A stretch of DNA of 18,841 nt from Armatimonadota bacterium (GTDB lineage: Bacteria; Armatimonadota; Armatimonadia; Armatimonadales; Armatimonadaceae): NCBI GenBank assembly GCA_043754515.1, contig JAYUUO010000013.1:1-18841 (forward strand), in the 5' to 3' direction. A program made the position numbers and the translations under genes. Position 1 is the first letter of the stretch. Each line of letters begins with the position of its first letter. Below the pieces are notes generated by a model. That model saw only the letters and a program-made list of their open reading frames with translations. It was not told the origin of the DNA and did not search any database. Below are positions 9,299 to 18,063 of this stretch, piece by piece.

Positions 9299-9311
9299 TG
9301 ATCTTTTGGTA

Positions 9312-9545
9312 ATGATGCGTGGTCGGTCGCGGTCATATGATGGGCCACTCGATTCTTGACAGGATTCACATCTAACAGAAGGGGGCGAGTCCACCTACCC
9401 AGCATTCCCCGCGTCGGCAAAGCGCGTAGGAACCTGGAATTGCCGGATCGCAACGCAGGCATTTGCGCACGGCATGACGGTCGTGACGCGCAACTTGCCC
9501 GACTTCGTCGCCATTGGTGCTCCCTGTGCTGACTGGAGCACTTGG
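9312..9545 (+). pseudogene. degenerate VapC/PIN-domain toxin fragment
   Basis: Frame reads MMRGR...DS*QDSHLTEGGESTYPAFPASAKRVGTWNCRIATQAFAHGMTVVTRNLPDFVAIGAPCADWS. This matches the PIN C-terminal pattern D..IAA.A..HG.TVVTRN..DF......DW. It has an internal TGA at 9357-9359, D replaced by N, and no N-terminal LDT motif. Confidence 0.75.
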
Positions 9546-9562
9546 CGACAGATCCAGCGTCT

Positions 9563-10432
9563 CTACTTCGCTAGCGTCGCTCGCATCGCCTGTAGATCCG
9601 TGCGCTGGGCGTCTGTCAGTTCCGGGTAGTGGAGCGGCAGGTCTTTCAGCGTCTCGATGAGCACCCGCGATATGATCAGGCGGGCATTCTCCTTGTCATC
9701 AGCCGGGATGATATACCAGGGAGCCTCGTCCGTACTGGTCGCGTTCAAGCAGTCCTCATACGCGCTCATGTACTCTTTCCAGTGCTTGCGCTCGGCTATA
9801 TCGGCGTCGCTGAACTTCCAGTTCTTCCCGGGCGCGTCAATGCGCGCCAGAAACCGCTTGCGCTGTTCGTCCTTGGAAAGGTGTAGGAAGAACTTCACGA
9901 CTCGGGTGCCACTTCGATACAGGTGCGCCTCCATGTCGTTGATCGAGCGGAACCGTCCTTTCCAGATCGTCTTCGGGTCGAGTTGCTCGTCGGGGATCGC
10001 CTGATGCTGGAGTAGCTCGGGATGGACGCGCACTACCAGCACCTCCTCGTAATAGGAGCGGTTGAAAATCCCGATGCGCCCGCGCTCCGGTAGACACGCG
10101 TTCGTGCGCCACAGGAAATCGTGGTCGAGTTCGGTCGGACCCGGCTGTTTAAAGCTAAACACCTGACAGCCTTGCGGGTTGATGCCCGACATGACGTGCT
10201 TGATCGCGCCGTCCTTCCCCGCCGCGTCCATCGCCTGGAATATCACCAGCAACGCGTAACGATTATGCGCATACAGCAACTCCTGGAGCGCGGCGAGCTG
10301 CCCAGTTTGCTCCCGTAGCAGGACTTGATACTCCTCGGCACTATCGTAGACGCAATCGGCAACCGTCGGATGCTTGTCGAGATCCAGTTTCCCGTTCTCG
10401 CGTACCCGGAACTCTTTAGTCTTGATTTTCAT
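9563..10432 (-). CDS. ppk2: polyphosphate kinase 2 family protein, class III type
   Basis: Walker A region [20 protein letters not shown]...[24 protein letters not shown] (Glu at the class-determining position), KNWKFS and [11 protein letters not shown]. Confidence 0.93.
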   Translation of the reverse strand: MKIKTKEFRVRENGKLDLDKHPTVADCVYDSAEEYQVLLREQTGQLAALQELLYAHNRYALLVIFQAMDAAGKDGAIKHVMSGINPQGCQVFSFKQPGPTELDHDFLWRTNACLPERGRIGIFNRSYYEEVLVVRVHPELLQHQAIPDEQLDPKTIWKGRFRSINDMEAHLYRSGTRVVKFFLHLSKDEQRKRFLARIDAPGKNWKFSDADIAERKHWKEYMSAYEDCLNATSTDEAPWYIIPADDKENARLIISRVLIETLKDLPLHYPELTDAQRTDLQAMRATLAK

Positions 10433-10471
10433 GGTGTCTGATCGGGATTGTACCCGGATCAGCGAGGCTAC

Positions 10472-12835
10472 CTAAAAATCGGTCGCGTTCAATATCACTG
10501 TTCCGCCCGCCGCCAGATCGAGCGGGACGCGCACCCCGCCGTACCGGGCGACGCCGGGGGCACCGAGTAGCGAGCGGATCGTCGCCTCCTCTAGCAACCC
10601 GTCCCGCCAAGTGATCCCGACCTCGAATCCGCCTCGTGCCCGCAGACCGCTCACCGAGCCGGTGCCCCAGACGGCGGGGAGCGCGGGGAGCAGGTGCAAT
10701 TCGTCCGCGTGACTTTGTAGCAACATCTCGATCACGCCCGCCGTGAACGCAAAGTTGCCGTCAATTTGGAACGGCGGATGCGCGTCGAACAGGTTGGCGT
10801 AGACACCGGCCTGGTGGTCCGGCGAGTCGGGGTCCACGAACGTCAGCAGCGTCCGCGCCAACCGGTACGCGTGGTCGCCATCCCCGAGACGCGCCCAGAG
10901 GCTGATCTTCCAACCGAGTGACCAGCCCGTGCCCGCGTCACCCCGGATCTCCAGCGAACGGCGGGCGGCTTCGCACCATTCCGGCGTCCCATCCGGCGTT
11001 ATCTCGCGCCCTGGATACAGCCCGAATAGGTGCGAAACGTGCCGGTGGTGCTCTTCCCCGTCTGCGAACTCGCGGAAGAACTCGAGTAGCTGCTCGCGCG
11101 TCCCGACCCGCATCGGCAAGAGCCGCGCCCGCGCCGTCCGTAGTCTTTCGGCGAACTCTGGCTCGATACCCAGTGTTTCGGCGGCGGCGACTGTGTTATC
11201 GAACAGGTCGCGCAGGATCGCCATGTCCATAGTGGTGGCGACGCTGACAGCGGAGCGTTGGCCGTCGGACACGACAAAAGAGTGCTCGGGGGATGTTGAC
11301 GGCGCGGTGACCAGGTGGCCATCACCGTCCTCGACTAGCCAATCCAGCCCGAATTCGGCGGCACCGCGCATCAGGTGCCACGCCGTGTCGCGTAGGAAGT
11401 CGCGGTCGCCGGTGAACGCATAATGCTCCCACAGGTGCCGACACAGCCATGCGCCCCCCATCGGCCAGTTCGCCCAAGCCGGATCGCCGCTCCCATTTCC
11501 GACAGGAGACGATTTCGCCCACAGGTCTGAGTTGTGGTGCGCCACCCACCCGCCGCAATCATAGTAGTCGCGGGCGGTACGGGCACCCGTTTTAGCGAGC
11601 CGCGCTATAAAGGCGAGAAGAGGCTCGTGGCACTCGGATAGGTTCGCGCTCTCGGCGAGCCAGTAGTTCATCTCGGCGTTGATGTTGAGTGTGTAGTTAC
11701 TGCTCCACGGCGGGCATGTCTCCTGGTTCCAGATCCCCTGCAAGTTCGCCGGTTGCGTCCCCGGACGCGAGCTAGCGATCAAGAGATAGCGACCGTACTG
11801 AAAAAGCAGGGCCGCCAGCGCGGGGTCATTCGTATCCGGGAAGCGGCGCAGGCGCGTATCGGTGGGCAGATCGGCCTCCGCCGCGTCCGCGCCCAGGTGC
11901 AAAGTCACTCGCCTGAAGAGAGCGTAGTGATCCGCGATGTGCCGCTCGCGCAGTTCGGCGTAGGGTCGGGCACATGCCTCCTGCAATCGTTCCGCCGAAA
12001 TAGCGAGCGGGTTATTCCCGTTCGGCGCATCCGTCGCGGCGAAACTCGTCGCCGCGCACAGCCGGATCGTCACCGCGTCCGCGCCGATTACGCACAGACA
12101 GCCGTCCCCGCTTGTTATCGTTCCGTAGTTGCCCTCGACTTCGATATGGCAACGTGCCGCGAACGTGATCCCGAAGCCCTCCTCGTAGCGGAGCGGGTTG
12201 GGAGAGCGCAGGTAGTCCGGCGTCACGGAGCGCGGCCCCGTGCCGGTAAGAATTAGTTCGTGCCCGCCGCCGTCCGCTCGCGTCGTGCCCTGGAGCGGCG
12301 ATTCAAGCCTTGCCGTCAGCGACAGGCTTTCCGGGATGTTGGTCGCGAGCCGGATCACCATTACCTGATCCACCGCGCTGACGAAAACCTCGCGGGTGTA
12401 TGTCGCGTTCCCCGCGACGTACCGTACTGAGCAGATCGCTGTGTCAAGGTCGAGGTCGCGGTGGTACGAAGTCGGTTCGCCGCCCGACGCGCCGTCGAAG
12501 TCAAGGAGCAGATCCCCGAGCGGCAGGTACGATTCGCCATAAGGCCCCTGCATCCGGCGGCAGAAGGCGGACGCGTCCTCGTAGCTTCCTTCCAGCGCGG
12601 CGCGCCGTGCTTCGGCCAGCGCGGGGAGCGCGTCCGAATTGTGTGATTCCGGCGGCGGACCGGACCAGAGCGTGTCCTCGTTCAGCGCGAACCGTTCGGC
12701 GGCGACGCCGCCGAATACCATCGCGCCGAGCCGCCCGTTGCCGATCGGCAGTGCCTCGACCCACTTCGTCGCGTGCTTGTCATACTGGAGTTTCATATCG
12801 GGCATGTTCGCCGTCGCGGGGGGCGGTTCCTGCAT
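10472..12835 (-). CDS. glycoside hydrolase family 95 (alpha-1,2-L-fucosidase-like), no signal peptide
   Basis: Motifs [62 protein letters not shown] and [10 protein letters not shown]. The start is uncertain (12835, 12805 or 12796); the ORF-track start at 13060 is probably too long. Confidence 0.92.
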   Translation of the reverse strand: MQEPPPATANMPDMKLQYDKHATKWVEALPIGNGRLGAMVFGGVAAERFALNEDTLWSGPPPESHNSDALPALAEARRAALEGSYEDASAFCRRMQGPYGESYLPLGDLLLDFDGASGGEPTSYHRDLDLDTAICSVRYVAGNATYTREVFVSAVDQVMVIRLATNIPESLSLTARLESPLQGTTRADGGGHELILTGTGPRSVTPDYLRSPNPLRYEEGFGITFAARCHIEVEGNYGTITSGDGCLCVIGADAVTIRLCAATSFAATDAPNGNNPLAISAERLQEACARPYAELRERHIADHYALFRRVTLHLGADAAEADLPTDTRLRRFPDTNDPALAALLFQYGRYLLIASSRPGTQPANLQGIWNQETCPPWSSNYTLNINAEMNYWLAESANLSECHEPLLAFIARLAKTGARTARDYYDCGGWVAHHNSDLWAKSSPVGNGSGDPAWANWPMGGAWLCRHLWEHYAFTGDRDFLRDTAWHLMRGAAEFGLDWLVEDGDGHLVTAPSTSPEHSFVVSDGQRSAVSVATTMDMAILRDLFDNTVAAAETLGIEPEFAERLRTARARLLPMRVGTREQLLEFFREFADGEEHHRHVSHLFGLYPGREITPDGTPEWCEAARRSLEIRGDAGTGWSLGWKISLWARLGDGDHAYRLARTLLTFVDPDSPDHQAGVYANLFDAHPPFQIDGNFAFTAGVIEMLLQSHADELHLLPALPAVWGTGSVSGLRARGGFEVGITWRDGLLEEATIRSLLGAPGVARYGGVRVPLDLAAGGTVILNATDF

Positions 12836-13037
12836 CGCTGTTGATGAGTCGTCCCCCGAATGATGCTTATGGTTCGACGCATTAACATCGCCGCCATGCC
12901 GTTTTGGGACAGACCCCTGCCACCCCACGAATACGGGCAAGCCCGACGCGGAACACCTACACATGCGCCACTCTGCCACTCCCGATAAGCAGGTATCGTA
13001 GTCCCTTTCACCGAAATTGGCGTTGACCCGACCAGCC

Positions 13038-13286
13038 ATGAGCATCACCCAGTAACACACGCAGGGACTACTGAACCGCGCCTACGTTCTCGCCATCGTC
13101 GCGGACGCAGGCTTGAACATCGCCCTCTCCAGACAGTTTGACTACGGGGTGAATGTCGAAGTAAATCGGGGGGCGCGCGGCAAAGATTTCAGAGGCGAAA
13201 CATATTCGATTGACGAGCCATCTCCCCTGCGAATGCAGTTGAAAGCAACCACCACTCACGGCGGCACTGCAACTAGACAGTGTTAA
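13038..13286 (+). pseudogene. truncated DUF4365-like (PD-(D/E)XK nuclease fold) gene with early TAA
   Basis: Reads [41 protein letters not shown]...PLRMQLKATT. This matches the DUF4365 N-terminal pattern (RAYV.A.A..AG....DYG.D...QLKAT). TAA at 13053-13055, D replaced by N, and the C-terminal half is absent. Confidence 0.7.
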
Positions 13287-13518
13287 TACCGTCGCTTTGC
13301 GGGCCGGGGAGCGTTCGGTCGAAGCGTTCAATGTTGAAATTGAACAACTTCCCGCCTGCCACCGCGAACACATCCACGCTACTGAAGATGCGGTTCCCGA
13401 TCCGGGCGGCGGCGGGCGGCGCGAGAACCGCCGCGCAACAGATCACGCACAGGGTGGCGATTCCGGTCCGGAGGGTACCCCCGCGAGAAACGGAGGGCGA
13501 TGCACGAGCCCACTTCAT
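13273..13518 (-). pseudogene. 5' fragment of (or a very short) secreted protein
   Basis: SD GAGGA 8 nt before the ATG and a signal-peptide-like segment (GIATLCVICCAAVLAPPAAA). Only about 43 residues of mature sequence follow before the stop, which overlaps the end of the DUF4365 fragment. Confidence 0.5.
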
Positions 13519-13611
13519 TTACTGATTCCTCAGGGGCGATAATCAGCCAAAGGGGCGAACAAAAACAATTGAGTTTTCACCACGGTTGCTTCATCGCTAC
13601 TTGCGCGATTT

Positions 13612-13641
13612 AGTGTAACTTACGCAGCCACGCTTTGTCAA
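13612..13641 (-). promoter_or_regulatory. sigma70-type promoter TTGACA-N18-TACACT for the 13518 gene
   Basis: Perfect -35 (13636-13641) and TAnnnT -10 (13612-13617) in an AT-richer intergenic region, about 90 nt upstream of an SD-led ATG. Confidence 0.65.
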
Positions 13642-13650
13642 CGCCGCGGA

Positions 13651-13706
13651 TTGCCTCACTAAAAATCTAACTTTGGGAGATTCGTTGCCTCACGAAGAAA
13701 TCTAAC
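13651..13706. repeat. imperfect direct repeat, candidate regulator binding sites
   Basis: TTGCCTCACTAAAAATCTAAC (13651-13671) and TTGCCTCACGAAGAAATCTAAC (13685-13706). Confidence 0.75.
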
Positions 13707-13823
13707 CCGACTCCCTCGCGGAGCCGGGAGAAACGACGCGGTGCCCTATGAGTCCGAACGCGAGGCGGGCACGGTTAGAACGCGCACCCACCGCCGCTAA
13801 GCCGTCCAGGCGCACGGCTACAT

Positions 13824-14792
13824 CTACGGGGCGCGGATCAACTCATCCCAATTCTCCGCCTCGAAGAGACGATCCACCAGGGCTTCCAGCTCTTGTGGCG
13901 AACTAAGGTCGTTTATGAACGTCCGCGCGGCCGCCGTCGGGGAGCCATACCGCTTCTCCCCGATGCGGAAGATAGTTGCACGCGCCCCCTCCATCCGACC
14001 CACGGTAATGCCCTCGTTGATTCCTTCGGCGATCCCGATGGAGCGGCCTTCGGTAACCCCGATGGACCGACCTTCGGTGATCCCGATGGACCGACCTTCC
14101 TGTACCAATTCCTGATAAACAGACGATTCTCTCAGATCCAGCATGGCTCGAATAGCTCCTTTGATTAACAAATCAATGAATGCGGGCGCGTACTTCGCCC
14201 CCATCAATAAAGACGTTGCCGCCCACATCTCGCGTTCTTGACCGGCGTCCTCCGCTTCCGCCGCGAACCGCTCCGCCATACGGCGCACCAGTCGTGGCAG
14301 GTCGGCGTCGTCTACCGCGCCCAGCGGCGCGATGGGCACCACTGAAAACGGTGCCTCGACCAGATCCGCCGCCGGTAAATCGTAAACGCGGACCACCTGA
14401 TAGCGAAACCAGTGGTGCACCGTCCCGTCCGGTAACCGCTTTTCCAGGTACCCGGTGAGGTCAGGGCTATTCGCCTTACGGGTCAATAGCACTGCGACCG
14501 AGTGAACCGACAGCCCCGTCTCCGCGCCGATCAACACATTATAGCGCAGAAGGCGGTCGGCGAGAGTGCGCCCGGTATGCCCGCTCTCGACTTCTATGTG
14601 CAAGCCGAACGGCGTCGCGCCGCCGACGCGGAACAGCCCATCCGCAACCAAACTGATCGCGGATAGGTCGGCGTCTACCCGCTCCACGGGCAGATCCGGC
14701 AACCCAAGGAACTTGAGCCAGTCCGCAGGGCGCGTCCCGAGCAACGTTTTCGCCGTCGCATCGTATGGTTTGCGTGCCCGCGCGGTGTCCAA
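13824..14792 (-). CDS. Rpn family recombination-promoting nuclease / putative transposase (PD-(D/E)XK) with DUF4351-like tail
   Basis: YDATAKTL, ADGLF...LHIEVES nuclease motif, RLLRYN, YQVVRVY, LRESSVYQEL..EG, EG-rich repeats, and tail KRYG...INDLSSPQELEALVDRLFEAENWDEL. TTG start abuts the kdsA stop. Confidence 0.85.
   Translation of the reverse strand: MDTARARKPYDATAKTLLGTRPADWLKFLGLPDLPVERVDADLSAISLVADGLFRVGGATPFGLHIEVESGHTGRTLADRLLRYNVLIGAETGLSVHSVAVLLTRKANSPDLTGYLEKRLPDGTVHHWFRYQVVRVYDLPAADLVEAPFSVVPIAPLGAVDDADLPRLVRRMAERFAAEAEDAGQEREMWAATSLLMGAKYAPAFIDLLIKGAIRAMLDLRESSVYQELVQEGRSIGITEGRSIGVTEGRSIGIAEGINEGITVGRMEGARATIFRIGEKRYGSPTAAARTFINDLSSPQELEALVDRLFEAENWDELIRAP
14023..14099 (-). repeat. 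24-nt coding tandem repeat (3.2 copies) encoding EGRSIG(I/V)(T/A)
   Basis: Units at 14023-14046, 14047-14070 and 14071-14094 (ccttcgg..a.cccgatgga.cg.), plus a partial copy. Confidence 0.95.
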
Positions 14793-15647
14793 TTATATCT
14801 CCTCCCGCGCCGGTGCCGACGCCGCGAGTTCGATCGCCTTCAGCGTCCGCAGGAGCGCGGGCAGGTCGTCGAGCGCGAGCATCGTCGCCGCGTCCGACAG
14901 GGCGCGCGCGGGGTCGGGATGCGTTTCCAGGAACAGCGCGTCAATCCCGACCGCGACCGCCGCCCGTGACAGGTGCGGGATGAACTCGCGCTGTCCCCCG
15001 GACGACGTTCCCTGCCCACCCGGCTGTTGCACCGAGTGCGTCGCGTCAAACACAACCGGGCAATCCGTGGTCTGTGCCAGGATCGGGAGCGAGCGGAAGT
15101 CCACTACCAGCGTGTTGTAGCCGAATGACACCCCACGCTCGCAGACTAGAATGCGCTTGTTTCCCGTGTCCGCGATCTTGCGTACGGCGTTGGTCATGTC
15201 CCAGGGCGCGAGGAACTGCCCTTTTTTGATGTTGACCGCCTTGCCCGTCTCGCCCGCCGCTTGGAGAAGGTCGGTCTGGCGGGACAGAAACGCCGGGATC
15301 TGTAGCACGTCCACAGCCTCCGCGACCACGGCGCAGTGGCCGGGATCGTGGACATCGGTCAGCACCGGCACGCCGAACTCGTCGCGTATCCCGGCTAACA
15401 CCTCAAGACCCGCCTCCATCCCCATCCCCCGAAAGGACGCGCCCGAGGTCCGGTTCGCCTTGTCAAAACTCGCCTTGAAAATGTACGCGATCTCCAGCGC
15501 GTCGCAGATCTCTTTCACGCGCCCGGCGATCTCGCGGCACAGGTCGCGCGACTCGATCACGCACGGGCCGGCGATCAGCGCGAACGGCTTGCCGCCGCCG
15601 ACGGAAACGGACGGCGTGATGTTCACGGCTTTAGTGTTCTGGTTCAT
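14793..15647 (-). CDS. kdsA: 3-deoxy-8-phosphooctulonate (KDO8P) synthase
   Basis: IAGPCVIES (Cys of the metal-dependent type), [52 protein letters not shown] and ETHPDP..ALSD. Confidence 0.97.
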   Translation of the reverse strand: MNQNTKAVNITPSVSVGGGKPFALIAGPCVIESRDLCREIAGRVKEICDALEIAYIFKASFDKANRTSGASFRGMGMEAGLEVLAGIRDEFGVPVLTDVHDPGHCAVVAEAVDVLQIPAFLSRQTDLLQAAGETGKAVNIKKGQFLAPWDMTNAVRKIADTGNKRILVCERGVSFGYNTLVVDFRSLPILAQTTDCPVVFDATHSVQQPGGQGTSSGGQREFIPHLSRAAVAVGIDALFLETHPDPARALSDAATMLALDDLPALLRTLKAIELAASAPAREEI

Positions 15648-15712
15648 ATCGCCATTCTACCGCGGGGACGGGCGCGTCATTCCTAGTTTTTCGGGGGAAC
15701 CCGCGCGGGCGA

Positions 15713-16636
15713 ATGAACGTTTACCAGGGCATGGAACTCGAACAGCGGCGCGGCAACGACCGCGACGGAACCGCCGCCTATCTAGCGGGCGCATTAACCG
15801 GATTATATGACGGGGAGGCGGTCCCGTCGCCGCTCGTCGGCGGGCGTGAGGCGGGCCTGCAAAGGCTCCGCGTCTTCAACGTCGCGAAGTACCAGAGCGA
15901 CAGAAACGACGTCGGGCCGACTGCGGGCGCGTCCCGGCTCGCCCCTTATCTGCGCCACGGTTGCCTTACTTTAACCGAGGCGAGGCGCGACGCGGTGGCG
16001 AAGATCGGGGTGAACGCGTCGGTAAAATGGATCCAGGAACTGGGCTGGCGGCAGTTCTGGCAACTACTGTACGCGCGCTACGGCTCGCGCATCTTCCAGA
16101 ATATGGAGGAGCCGAAAGTGCCGCTCGGCGCGGGCGACGCGGAAACCTCTATCCCCGACGAGATACTAGAAGCGCGGACGGGCCTGAACTGCATGGACAT
16201 CTCGCTCCGGTCGCTCTACGACACCGGGTACATGTTCAACCATTCGCGGATGTGGTTCGCGGCGTGGTTTACGCACCACCTGAAACTGCCGTGGCAGGCG
16301 GGAGCGAGACTATTCTACCGGTTCCTGCTGTGCGGCGACCCGGCGTCCAACACGCTCTCGTGGCAGTGGGTCGCATCCACGTTCTCGCACAAGCCGTATT
16401 TCTTCAACCGGGGCAACGTCGAGAAGTACAGCCGTGACCCCGCGACCGGTGAGACGTATTGCACGAATTGTCCGGCGGCGAAGGCGCGAACGTGCCCCTT
16501 CGACGCGACATACGAGACGCTGGGTCGCCGACTTTTCGGCGATGCCTATCAGGGAGAGGAGAACCGGGGCGGTGGCAACAGAAACTTCGGCGGGCGTGGC
16601 GATATGGCTCCACGGCGATCATCTCAGCGCGGCTAA
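15713..16636 (+). CDS. DNA photolyase FAD-binding (catalytic) domain as a stand-alone protein, with 4-Cys Fe-S-like motif
   Basis: GGREAG..RL, Y...RN, SRLAPYLRHGCL, ELGWRQFW, TGYMFNHSRMWFA, WQAGA and GDPASNTLSWQW. It lacks the N-terminal alpha/beta domain. Cys160 and C250-x2-C253-x7-C261-PF are present. Confidence 0.9.
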   Translation: MNVYQGMELEQRRGNDRDGTAAYLAGALTGLYDGEAVPSPLVGGREAGLQRLRVFNVAKYQSDRNDVGPTAGASRLAPYLRHGCLTLTEARRDAVAKIGVNASVKWIQELGWRQFWQLLYARYGSRIFQNMEEPKVPLGAGDAETSIPDEILEARTGLNCMDISLRSLYDTGYMFNHSRMWFAAWFTHHLKLPWQAGARLFYRFLLCGDPASNTLSWQWVASTFSHKPYFFNRGNVEKYSRDPATGETYCTNCPAAKARTCPFDATYETLGRRLFGDAYQGEENRGGGNRNFGGRGDMAPRRSSQRG

Positions 16637-17033
16637 CCCAGCACTCGCGGCGTTCCCAGACGCCCCGGTGGTGTTCGTTTTCGACGAGGCGTTCCTGCGC
16701 GAGGCGCGGTTCGGGTTCGGCCGACTCCAGTTTATCTATGAGTCCGTGATGGACGTGTTCGCGTCCCGCCCGGCGGGCAGTTGCTCGATCCGACTTGGAG
16801 GCGTGGTGGAGGAGGCGAGGGCGTTCGCGAAAGAGCGCGGCGCGAGCCGCCTCGTGACGACGCGGACGGTGGGGGACAGGTTCGCGGCGTACAAGCGTGA
16901 GTTCGAGGCGGGCGGCCTGCGCGTCACCGCCTACGCCGTGCCGGAACTGGTGCCGTACCCGGAGGTTGACCGGGTGCCGAAGCGGTTCAGCGTCTGGTGG
17001 CGCGAGGTAGAGTCGGCGGCACTTTCGGAGTGA
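16572..17033 (+). CDS. photolyase N-terminal alpha/beta (antenna) domain as a separate protein
   Basis: IWLHGDHLSAANPALAA....PVVFVFD, RLQFIYES and PKRFSVWW match the photolyase N-terminal domain pattern (W...D.R..DN.AL, FI.ES, F..F). GTG at 16572 has GAGGAG 10 nt upstream; an alternative GTG lies at 16596. Confidence 0.8.
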   Translation: MATETSAGVAIWLHGDHLSAANPALAAFPDAPVVFVFDEAFLREARFGFGRLQFIYESVMDVFASRPAGSCSIRLGGVVEEARAFAKERGASRLVTTRTVGDRFAAYKREFEAGGLRVTAYAVPELVPYPEVDRVPKRFSVWWREVESAALSE

Positions 17034-17472
17034 ATCGGAGGGCCGTGTATGGCTCCGCTGAGTCGCGCGTCATCAGGCGGTCAGGGTGCAGGGGCGGCCC
17101 AAACCCGTACTGGGCGTACAACCCGTGCGCGTCGAGCGTGAAAAGCAGGAAGCGGCGCAGATTTTGCAAGTCGGGGTGCGCGAGCACCGATTCCATGATT
17201 CGCTTCCCCAGCCCGCTCCCACGGTACACCGGCAACACGAACACGTCGCCGAGATAGGCGAACGTCGCGCGGTCGGTCACGACGCGGGTGAACGCGGCGA
17301 GAGTGCCCGTTTCGACGTCGTCGAACAGGAACGGGAGCGAGTTCGCCACGGAACGCGCTACCACGTCGCGCGGGATGTGCTTCGCCCAGTACGACTCCGT
17401 GGACAAGTAGTGGTGCATTACGTCAATGTCGGCATCGGTCGCCGCGTGCCGTAGCAGGAAAGCGTCAGTCAT
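16987..17472 (-). CDS. GNAT family N-acetyltransferase
   Basis: ESYWA, RVVTDRATFAYLGDVFVLPVYRGSGLGK (acetyl-CoA motif A) and DAHGLYAQYGF. ATGA overlap with the exonuclease stop. Confidence 0.93.
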   Translation of the reverse strand: MTDAFLLRHAATDADIDVMHHYLSTESYWAKHIPRDVVARSVANSLPFLFDDVETGTLAAFTRVVTDRATFAYLGDVFVLPVYRGSGLGKRIMESVLAHPDLQNLRRFLLFTLDAHGLYAQYGFGPPLHPDRLMTRDSAEPYTALRFTPKVPPTLPRATRR

Positions 17473-18029
17473 GTGTCTCCTTCCGATGGTAGCACCAGCC
17501 GCGCGAGTTTGGTGATGTTGCGGGCGTCGTCAATGCCACTATGATGTCGCCCCTCGGCGGTGATCCCCCGGTGTTTGAGCGCGGCCATCATCCCGATCGG
17601 CCGCGTCTGGAAGCGGCGGGCGAACTCCGCTTTGACGTTGATGTGCCGCTCGAACGACGCGGGGAACGCCATCTTGTGTCGCTCGCAGTCGCGGCGTAAC
17701 AGTTTCAGGTCGAAGGCACCCCATGAATAGAGCGTGAACAGGTCGCCGCTTCCTCCCCCCGACTCCTCAAACCAGGAAACGAAGCGCGGGAACACCTCGT
17801 AGAACGGCGCGGCAACCGCGACGTCAGGTTGGGTGATGCCGGTCAGTTCCGTGCAGAACGCGGTCAGTTCGTGCGTCGCCACCGGGCGTATAAAGGTCGC
17901 GAACTCGTCCACCGGATCCCCATCCGGCGTCACGAGTAGCACCGCGCCGATCTCGATGGTCTCCATCCGCTCGGGCGGGAAGTCCTTCTCGTCGCAGGTC
18001 GCTTCCAGATCAAAGATTACATAGCGCAT
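17469..18029 (-). CDS. DEDDh 3'-5' exonuclease (ERI-1/KapD-like)
   Basis: IFDLEATC (ExoI), ETIEIGAV, LTAFCTELTGITQ, WGAFD (ExoII) and HHSGIDDARNI (ExoIII). SD-like GGGAGAGG lies upstream of the ATG at 18029. Confidence 0.93.
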   Translation of the reverse strand: MRYVIFDLEATCDEKDFPPERMETIEIGAVLLVTPDGDPVDEFATFIRPVATHELTAFCTELTGITQPDVAVAAPFYEVFPRFVSWFEESGGGSGDLFTLYSWGAFDLKLLRRDCERHKMAFPASFERHINVKAEFARRFQTRPIGMMAALKHRGITAEGRHHSGIDDARNITKLARLVLPSEGDT

Positions 18030-18063
18030 GTACACATCCCTCTCCCGATATATCGCGCCACGG

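Noticed and set aside
12836..13060. N-terminal extension of GH95
   Set aside because: Cys/Trp-rich, non-protein-like sequence overlapping the DUF4365 pseudogene start. GH95 homology begins near MKLQYDK.
14023..14099. CRISPR array or DGR repeat
   Set aside because: The units are contiguous, in frame and without spacers. No cas or reverse transcriptase gene is present.
13824..14792. Rpn gene as an IS element
   Set aside because: No terminal inverted repeats or target duplication were seen, and the protein has a PD-(D/E)XK rather than a DDE or HUH signature.
16572..16636. Photolyase split caused by a sequencing frameshift
   Set aside because: The domain order is reversed relative to normal photolyases, and the second ORF has its own SD and start, so repairing a frameshift would not restore a canonical gene.
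16987..17033. Convergent overlap of the GNAT and photolyase antenna genes as antisense regulation
   Set aside because: The GNAT tail past the conserved domain looks like simple stop-codon drift, and nothing else supports regulation.
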